DNA from: Chiloscyllium plagiosum
Lineage: Eukaryota
Reading direction: 5' to 3'
Length of the DNA stretch: 64,000 nucleotides
Assembly: GCF_004010195.1 (NCBI RefSeq)
Contig: NC_057752.1
Location: 6,212,044 to 6,276,043, forward strand
The notes beneath the pieces are model-generated. The model was not told the DNA's origin, searched no databases, and worked only from the letters and a program-made list of their open reading frames with translations. The position numbers were made by a program, and so were the translations under genes. Positions 38,757 to 47,537 of this stretch are shown here, in pieces. Position 1 is the first letter of the stretch. The number at the start of each line of letters is the position of its first letter.

Positions 38757-40494
38757 GCTTTGATCCTACTGACTGCAATGGTGTGAAACCAGGTGGATTC
38801 TACAAAATCAGTGGCAACTTTGTTCACTTGGGTATGTTTACTTGATATAAGATTGTCAGATATCCAAGGGTTTTCTGGATGGCCAGGTAGACGAAGCCAG
38901 ACAGCCAATAGGATACTCCACGCTCTTCCTCAGGAAGTTTGCTTGCAAGCTAGGAAGGGCCTAAACATCTATTCTCGCTGGGTGACAGAGGAAAATATGG
39001 ACATCACGTTCGAGGGCCACAGTGGCTTGGCAACAGACATTAAACACAGAAAACACAACCTAGAGCCACACCTGATAATCACTTCATGTGTCACACTTCA
39101 GGCAGAACCTGCCTCTCACAGATTGGTCCCTTCAAAGTACACTGTATGAAGCTGCTGCATCTCCAATGGATTTGATCTGCTGCATGTCCATCATCGCACA
39201 CAGATGGAAGGATGTGGATGATTTACAAGTGGCAGTTCAGTACCCAGGCAGTGAAGGCTGAAAGATTCGCCACCATTATAAATAACAAGAGTGCTAAAGG
39301 TTAAACCTTGGGCCTCCACATTTGAAACTTCTTTCCCATTTCATGAAAGAAAAAAAAAATAAAAATCGAGGTACAGCCTAGCCACTGCCTGTTTCATGCT
39401 CTCTACCTTCAATCTGTCAGTTCCACGCAAAGCCATTAACTTTCAGTGGGAGATTCTCAAGTCCTTTATGAAAGTCTAAATGAAATTTGTTTTGTCCAAA
39501 ATTAAATGACTCATTCAAAAAAAACTTGTTATCCATTAGGATCCATAGTTTTGACTGCTTAAAAAAAAGTAAGACGGAGTCATGTTCATTTTCAATTTAT
39601 TGATGGCTTTCCAGTGTAATCCCAGGACACATGATTTGAATCCATGTTGTATAACGCAACCGACACAGAAATGGGAAAAATACTGAACTTAGCCGGATGC
39701 ACCTGGAATTATGGCGCTTCAACTCTTTCCAAGCGATGACCATGTCACTAAATTGATGTCAAAAAAACTCTGGAAGTTCACTGATGCACCTGTGCTAGAG
39801 TGCAGCATCTGTATAAGACAGAAAATCTCATTTCAACAGGAGTGGATAGTGTTGCCTGGCACGCAGTCAAAAGGAATTGGATGCACATGCTCGCATCTGC
39901 TTCTTGACAAACAATGCTTTGACACAAAGCACTACTTTAAGTTGTACAACATGAGGACTTAAACCTCGATCGCAACAGAGTTTCTCTGAGCTCTGAACTA
40001 ACATGAACGATCACAATCCACAGGGCACGAGCAAGATGCAAGCCAGAAAGCTTTGGAGATCTGGAAACAACAACAACTTGTGTTTATCAAGCACTTTAAC
40101 ATACTACAAGATACTTCCCAGAATCATTACGGAACAATAACTGACACCGAGCCATAGAAGGAGATTTTCGGAGAGATTACCAAAAGCTTGGAATGGCTGC
40201 AGCACAGGAAAACATCATTCAGCCCGTCATGGAATGACAACTCTCTGCAAGAGCGACTCATCTAGTGCCATTCTCTTGGCTTTCCTTGCAGCCCTGCAAT
40301 TTTTTTTTCTCTTCACATGATGTTCCAATTCCCTTTTGAAAGCCACAATTGAATCAGCCCCCAGTGTACACTCAAGAAGTTTATTCTAGATGCCAACCAT
40401 TCACTGTGTAAAAATGATTTTCTTTATTTACAGAATGTGCTAAAGGAAGGAGCAGTCCATCAGACTGGGATGAATTTTAACCCAGGATCCAGCA

Positions 40495-40598
40495 ACTATC
40501 ACAAATAAAAACAGAAATTCTGGAGAAACTCAGCAGATCTGACAGATCTGTGGATAGAAAGCAGAGTGAACATTTCAAGTCCAATTACCCTTCTTCAG
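40495..40598 (-). mobile_element. Penelope terminal fragment with degenerate hammerhead
   Basis: Reverse complement ctgaagaagggtaattggacttgaaatgttcac. Confidence 0.65.
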
Positions 40599-41549
40599 GT
40601 GGGCAGCACCAATTGTACCAAATGTGACGCCCGACGGGTCGGTTCGCCTTTGTGGGGATTTTAAACAAATGGTAAACCACTTCTCACAGCTGGATAAATA
40701 CCCAATTTCTCGCATAAAGGATTTATATGCAAAGCTGGCAGGGGGCTGTCTTTCACGAAGCTGGACATAAGCCATGCAATTGTGGTGAGATGAGGATTCC
40801 CAGGAATATGCTACACAATTAATGCCCAGAAGGGGTTGTACCAATATAAAAGATTGCCATTTGCGGTATGGTCCCCCTGTGCAATTTTCCAGCGGACCAT
40901 GGGGAACATTTTACAAGGTCTTTCCAGGTCTCCATTTATCTAGATGATGTGCTAATAACAGGGAAGACCAATAAGGAGCACTTAGAGAACTCGGATATAG
41001 TTCTTAGATGCAGAGACCACCCCTTATGCAAATACAGGGTTAGAGTTGTTAATGGAGTGAGGACTCTGCACCAGGTTAAAGCTGATCTTCTCAAATCTAG
41101 GGGGAGGGCGGGTGTATTGAACCAGCATCAGGGACACCAATGTCGGCTACAAGACTGCTTTAAGTGAGAGAGGCAGATTACTTCAGAGGATGACGTTTGG
41201 TGTAGGAACCACGGGAATGGTCCGGCATGAGTCAGAGGCATGGTCGAAGCGAGGTCAGCTCCAGTGGTGTATAAAGTTTGAGGAGGTGCATGGTCCTGAA
41301 CAAGCACATGGACCATATGAAAGCTGCAAAATCACAAATGGGGAGGGAGCAAAATGTGCTCGGCTCCTTGACAGGCTTTCTGATTCTTCCGGAACCCATG
41401 GGTTCTCCCTCTCCATCAAACACTGAAAGAGACCTCAGAATCTGAACTGGACACAGTGAATGCTGCAGCATCGACAATGTTACCACCTGAGGGGGAAAAT
41501 GAATTCCTTCGGAAACAATCGGGGTGCAAGATGCAGGCTACTGTGGGTT

Positions 41550-41846
41550 AGACCCCACCCATGTCAGAGGCAGAGTCAAAGGAACCTAACCTGGTGCGTT
41601 TTCACCAGGAGGAGGTACAAGGAAAAGAAGCAGCCTATGTAGGGAGTGATTGTAACGAGGTCAGTCAGGTAGACCTCATATAATATGAGCTCCCTGATTG
41701 GGGCTGATAATCTGATCCAATCAGGAAGCCCTGGCTGACTGATACACACAGGAGGTGTGTGTGTGTGTGTCATCCTTGTACCTCCTCCTGGTGAAAACGC
41801 ACCAGGTTAGGTTCCTTTGACTCTGCCTCTGACATGGGTGGGGTCT
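41550..41846. repeat. Perfect 74-bp inverted repeat (41550-41623 / 41773-41846)
   Basis: Direct comparison of the two arms shows no mismatch. Confidence 0.95.
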
Positions 41847-41849
41847 GTG

Positions 41850-42420
41850 AGAGGACCTGCCGCAGCTCGGCCCAGAGGACGCCTGAAGGCTCAATGCTCC
41901 CTTCACCTTAGAGGAGCTGACCGGCACCCTCGACCGGTTCTCGAGGGGCAAGTCCCCGGGGCTGGACGGGCTGACTCTGGAGTTCAGGGCGTTCTGGGAC
42001 GTCCTGGGGAGCGACTACGCACAGATCCTGGGGGAAGTGTCTAAATGCTGGAGAGCTGCCCCTTTCTTGGTGCAGGGCGGTCATCGTCCTGCTACCAAAG
42101 AAAGGGGACCTTCATTCTTTGAAGAACTGGCATCTGGTCTCCCTCCTCAGCACGGATTACAAAATCTTCGCCAGGGTGTTGTCTTCTCACCTGGCTTCTG
42201 TGCTGGCCCACATGATTCACCCGGACCAGTCCTACACGGTCCCGGGCCGGAAGATACACGACAACATCCACCTGGTCTGGGACCTGATCCATTTCTGTCG
42301 ACGGGCTGGTCTGCCGAGCGCCTTCTTGTCTCTCGACCAGGAGAAGGCGTTCGACAGGATTGATCACGAGTACCTGCTCGGGACTCTGCGGGCATTCGGG
42401 TTCGGGACGCTGTTTGTCGC
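41850..42420 (+). mobile_element. Tx1-clade non-LTR retrotransposon RT fragment
   Basis: KNWHLVSLLSTDYKIFARVL...IHPDQSYTVPGRKIHDNI...FLSLDQEKAFDRIDHEYL. Confidence 0.9.
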
Positions 42421-43155
42421 CCTGATGCCAGTCGCCCTGAGAGCCAGATGGTGGATATGCCGTTCTGAGCGCTGTCGCCCCGAGGAGGGGTAATCGGAAT
42501 GGGATGTCCTAGAGGTGGTTGAAAGGTGTCGGAGCAGCCGAGAGCCAGAAGGTGCGTGGGGCAGGCTGAGATCCGGAAGGCTTGTGGGCTACCTTGCACG
42601 CTGTCGTCCCTGGCGAAGGGGACGGGCTGTCCGGAAGGTGTGTCAGGATAGCCCACTAGCCGGACTGCGCATCGGGGTGGGTGAGAGCCCAATGGTATGT
42701 AGGGGCAGACCGAGAGCCGGAAGGCAGGTAGCCGTCCTCAGCGTATCACCACGGGCAGGTACCAGGGTGGGCTGACCCAGAGGTGGTCGAAAGGTGTCAG
42801 GGTGGACCGAGAACTGGAAGGGGCATGGGATGGACCGAGAGCCGGAAGGGGCGTAGGGGTGGGCTGCCTTAGAGTGGCTGGAAGGTGGGAGGGATGGGAG
42901 GCTTGCTGGGTCTGTATTGTCTGCACTTTCCTATGTAACAGGATTGTGTCTCATGTACAAATGTCATTGATGTCTTTTCATATTCAAAACTGGGACTTGG
43001 GGGTTTGTCCTCCTTTCCCTGTAAACTGGTTGAACGGTCGGGTTTGGGGCCTGGCTTTGCTGCTCCTCTCTTGTAAAATTGCTGTTGTATACAGCTGTAA
43101 ATGTTAACTGTTTTTCTGTAAACTCTCTTGTAATTGTTTAAAACAATAAAAAAAG
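42415..43155 (+). repeat. Block A: GC-rich putative Tx1 3' UTR ending AATAAA/A-tract; paralogue at 45440-46233
   Basis: Alignable by eye to 45440-46233; recurrent gagagccggaagg motif. Confidence 0.75.
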
Positions 43156-43661
43156 AGGAAACCTGATTCCTGAACTGGCTGAATTATTTAGTCAGTTTGT
43201 TAACTGGTATTCCCTTTTATTGAGGACTGACTTCTAAACTGGCTGATTTAAACAGTCAATGTGCGACAGGTGTAATTCAGCCTTCATTAGGAAACTGTTG
43301 TTTCCCTGGCTGGTTACAGCCTGTATGTTACTCTCTTCTCAGTCCTTTTCTCAAAGTAAAAAAAACATGTTGATTTGGTGGCAGGGTTTAGCCCTTGCAC
43401 TCTACTTTTTTGTTTTTTGAATGTGGTTTCACTTTTTGGTGTTTGGACTGAGCCCTTGTGAGAAAATACATCTTTCCAGATGAGCTGTTCCTGTGGGTAG
43501 GCCTGGTCCTTTGTGGGTGACTAGGCCTCTGTAAAGACTGAACACCTGTGTGTGCTGGGAGATGAGCAATTGTTGCATCCTGGAGTGGACCAAACCCCTG
43601 CAAGTTAACTGCAGCCTCACAATGTATTGTGTTCCTTTTGAGTGGGCCTAGTTGTCTCTGG
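43155..43661 (+). repeat. Block B: hairpin-rich segment; paralogue at 44580-45070
   Basis: aactggctgaa...gttaactggtattcc...ctctgtaaagactgaacacctgtgtgtgctggga shared between the two copies. Confidence 0.85.
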
Positions 43662-43814
43662 ATGTGTTGCTGGAAAAGCACAGCAGGTCAGGCAGCATCC
43701 AAGGAGCAGAATCGACGTTTCGAGCATGAGCCCTTCTTCGGGCTCGTGCCCGAAATGTCGATTCTCCTGCTCCTTGGATGCTGCCTGACCTGCTGCGCTT
43801 TTCCAGCAACACAT
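43662..43814. mobile_element. 153-bp near-perfect palindrome made of two head-to-head Penelope pLTR ends
   Basis: atgtgttgctggaaaagcacagcagg...gagccc ttcttc gggctc...cctgctgcgcttttccagcaacacat. Confidence 0.9.
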
Positions 43815-43820
43815 TTTCAG

Positions 43821-44590
43821 CTCTTGTCAGTATGAGGTAACCAGGAGCTGGAGGGTCGATGACTACCCAGGGGAAAGCATGCTTGGGGGGGGCTCTGTTA
43901 GTACGCTGGGGGCTAGGCAGTATAACAGCATACTCCATAGGAAAGCTGGTCAGGGGAGAGGCTGCCAATACGTGAGCTGGCTGGGGGCCGGAGGGTCGAT
44001 GACCGGCCTGGAGGAAATCAGGCCAGGAGGAGCCTGTCAGTATGTGGGGCGGATGGGGCCAAGCAACTGATACCATCCTCGCAGGAAAGCTGGTTTAGAG
44101 CAGGCTGGTCAGTACGTAGGAAGGCTGAGCTAGGCAGCTGACAGCAGCCCGTAAGAAGGCCAACCACAGGAGGACCGGTCGGTACGCAGGGAGAGTGGGA
44201 GCTGGACAGCCAATAGTTGGTCCATAGGAATGCTGGCCGGGAGGAAGTGTCAGTCAGTACACGGGGAGGCCAGGTGCTGAAAGGCAGGCAGCCTAATTTT
44301 AGGAAGGCAGGTTGGGAGTGGTTGGTTAGTATGCGGGGTGACTGGGAGACAGTGGCCGACCGCTGTGTAGGAGGAAAGCAGCTTGGGAATGTTAGTCAGT
44401 ATGCAGGGTGGGTGGAGACCAGAAGGCCAACAACCAGCTCGTAGGAAAGCAGCCCGGGTAGTCCGGTCAGTACACTGGGTGACTGGGAGCTGGGTGGTCG
44501 ATTACCAGTCTGGAGGAAAGCAGGCCTGGGGAGGGTCAGTCAGTACGCAGGGCGGGTGGAGACCGGAAGGCCAACTTGTAGGGGAAAACA
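43821..44590 (+). repeat. Cryptic tandem array, 11 units of ~71 bp
   Basis: GTCAGTAYR-like motif at about 43826, 43897, 43964, 44036, 44108, 44178, 44253, 44325, 44395, 44466 and 44539, with an AGGAAAGC-like motif in each unit. Confidence 0.85.
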
Positions 44591-46559
44591 AATTCCAAAA
44601 CTGGCTGAACTATATAGCCAGTTTTGTTAACTGGTATTCCTTTTTATTGAGGACTGATTTCTAAACTGCCTGATCTACACAGTGTGTTATTATTAGGGAA
44701 CTATTGTTTCACTGGCTGGTGACAGCCTGTGTGTTACTCTTTTCTTTTACTTTGAGAAAAGGACAATACTGATTTTTGTGGTAGGGCTTAGCCCTTACAA
44801 AAAAAAAGCAAACTAGAGTGTATGTATTTTCACTTTTTTGGTGTCTGGGCTGAGCCCCTGTGAGAAAATGCACCTTTCCAGATGGACTGTTCCTCTGTGG
44901 GTAGGCCTAGCCCTCTTTGGGGAGACCAGGCCTCTGTAAAGACTGAACACCTGTGTGTGCTGGGAGGTGAGCATTTGCTGCCTGTTGGAGTGAACCATCC
45001 CCTGTGAGTTAACTGCACCTTTTTACAATGTACTGTGTTCCTGTGAATTGGCCTGGTTCTCTGTGGATAAACCAGGCCTCTATGGAGACTGAACATCTGT
45101 GTGTGTGCTGTGGGGTGTGTTTGCTGCCTTCAGGAGTGGACTCTGCATACTGGGGTGGGTACTGCCTTTGCTTGTGGACTCTAACAATGCATTCTGTAAA
45201 CTGGAGTGAACCCTGTTCCTGGAAATGGATTCTGCATTCTGAAGAGAACTGTTTATGGTAATGGACTCTGTGTACCAGAAAGGACTCTATTTGTTGGTAA
45301 TTGACTCTGTCTTGTTGCGTGTTGGGTTTATCACCTGCACTGTCTTATGTCCCTGGATCTAGCAGACCTTACTGTGAGTTGGGAGGCTCAGAGGTCATCC
45401 GGAGAGCTGGAAGATGGGTAGGTACCCCTGAAGGCCAGGAGGTGGGTCGGTTGCCCTGATGCCAGTTGTCTAAGAGTCAGAAAGTAGTTAGGCTGTTCTG
45501 AGCGCTTTCGACATGAGAAGGGGTATTCGGGACAGGCTGTCCTAGAGGTAGTCAGAAGGTGTCGGAGCGGCCAAGATCCAGAAGGTGCATAGGGGCAGAC
45601 CAAGATCCGGAAGGCTTGTGGGCTGTCCTGCGCGCTGTCATCCCAGGGAAGGGGACGGGCCATCCTAGAGGTGGCCGGAAAGTGTCCGGGCAGTCCACAG
45701 GCCAAATGGCGCATCGGGTGGGCGAGAGCCAGATGGTATGTAAAGGCAAACCAAGAGCCAGAAGGTGGTTAGGCCATCCTTAGCGCTGTCACCCTGGGTA
45801 GATACTGAGGAGGCCTGAAGGCACGAGAGGGTGGTTAGGGAAGCTGTAAGGTGGGTAGGCCATCCTGATTGCTATCGTCCTGAGGGGGTTTGGGGAAACA
45901 GGACTGGCTGTCCTAGAGGTGGCCAGAAGGGGTGTAGGGGCGGGGTGCTTTTAAGTGGCCGGAAGGTAGGAGGGGCAGGTGGTTTGCTGGGTTGCCAGGG
46001 GCGTTTGTGGTACGTGCAGTTTTATTGTTCGGTTTATTGGACTGTCTGTGATTGCATTTACTGTTTCCTTTTTGAGATGACAAGGTGGGGTTCGAGGTTC
46101 GTCCTAGTTTCCCTGTGAACTGGTTGTACGGTGGGGTTTGGGGTCTGGTTTTGCCCCATTCCCCTGTAAATTGCTGTTTCTTGTTCCTTTGTTACCTGTT
46201 TGTAATTTGTTCTGATTAATAAAATTTAAGAAAACAGGAGTGTCAAACTTCTTGTTCACTCTGGGAGCTGGCTCTGAAGTATCTGGTTCAGTGTCAATGA
46301 CTCCCCATGTGTAAATAAAGGGGGACTTGGTAACGGGACACTGGCCTCCTGTGGATTATTTCATTTTCCTAACAGTGAGGGCTCATTACCACCTTCTCCA
46401 GGACAATTACGGATGAGGAATAAATGCTGACCTCACCAGTGACACTCATGTCCCATTAAAAGGTTTTTTTAACCTTGGACTGGGAGCAACTCACCCTGCA
46501 AAGTGGCACTCCCAGTACCTCATAAGCATTTGTAATTGTACACAAACCCAATGACTTCT

Positions 46560-47537
46560 ACAGTTGCCTGGACTTTACATCCTCACATCCTGCTTCCTGT
46601 AAAGATTCTATTCCACTCTCACTGTTCCTTCATCTGTCGCATCTGTTCTGATCGTGGCAACTTCAACAAGGGGGCTTCTGAAATATCCACCTTCTTCCTC
46701 AACTGAGGATTCCCCAGCAACTGGGTCCAGCCCATCTCTAACAATTCAGCCCTCATCCCCTATCTTCCTCCCCTCAACAGTGACCCACCATCCCATCAGC
46801 ATCCACAACCAGAGGATCATTAGCCGCCACCTCCAGTGGGATGTCCCCATCAGACACCTATTCTCCTCCCCTCCCTTGTCAGCTTTTGGCAAGGACTGTT
46901 CCCTCAGGGACACCCGGTCCACTCCTCCTTCGCCACCAATCCCTTGCCCCCCCACAGCATCTTCCCCTGCAACCACAGAAGGAATAACACCTGCTCACTT
47001 ACTTCCTCCAACCTCACTACCGAAGGCCCCAGACGCACCTTGCAGGTGAAGCAGCACTTTACCTGCACTCGCCTCAATCTAGTCAACTGCATTCGCTGCT
47101 CACGACGTGGTCTCCTCTATACTGGGGAGGCAAAATGCAGACTGGTCTACTGCTTTGCAGAACACCTATATTCTGTCCGCAAAAATGACCCAGAGTTTCT
47201 AGTTGCCTGTTACTTCAACACACCCCACCTTGTTTCCTGGCAAACAGCTCCGTCTTGGGCTTGCTGCAATGCTATAATGCAGCTCAGTGCAAACTGGAAG
47301 AACAGCACCTCATTTTCTGTTTGCAGATCCTGCAACCTTCTGGACTCAATATAGAGTTCAATAATTTTTAGGGTCTAAGCACTTTCTCCCATTCCTTACC
47401 GCGATCCCCACACTCCAGGCCTTGTCCTCACGTGGACTACTATCACAAATAACCCATTGTCAGCCATCAATGGTCACCATTAGCAGTTATTCATTCTCCC
47501 AAACTGACCTTTATCCACTCCTTTGTCTGCCCAACTG
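46560..47537 (+). mobile_element. Penelope-like element (RT C-terminus + GIY-YIG); 3' tip displaced to 53050-53140 by an L1 insertion
   Basis: ORF 46836-47354 FTCTRLNLVNCIRCSRRGLLYTGEAKCRL..FAEHL. Confidence 0.88.

Larger units (their letters stand above)
40599..46363 (+). mobile_element. Gypsy/Ty3 LTR retrotransposon remnant: RT and integrase fragments, PPT and split 3' LTR (41651-41772 + 46231-46363)
   Basis: WAAPIVP..PDGSVRLCGDFK and VSIYLDDVLITG; integrase C-terminal remnant from ~41010; purine-rich agggagtga just before TGtaac; LTR ends ttatttCA. Confidence 0.85.

Noticed and set aside
43821..44590. CRISPR array or tandem hammerhead interpretation of the 71-bp array
   Set aside because: The context is eukaryotic with no cas genes, the repeats are degenerate and the spacers are related to one another. 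Some units have tcgatga...gaaa, but there is no CUGANGA core or stem I pairing.
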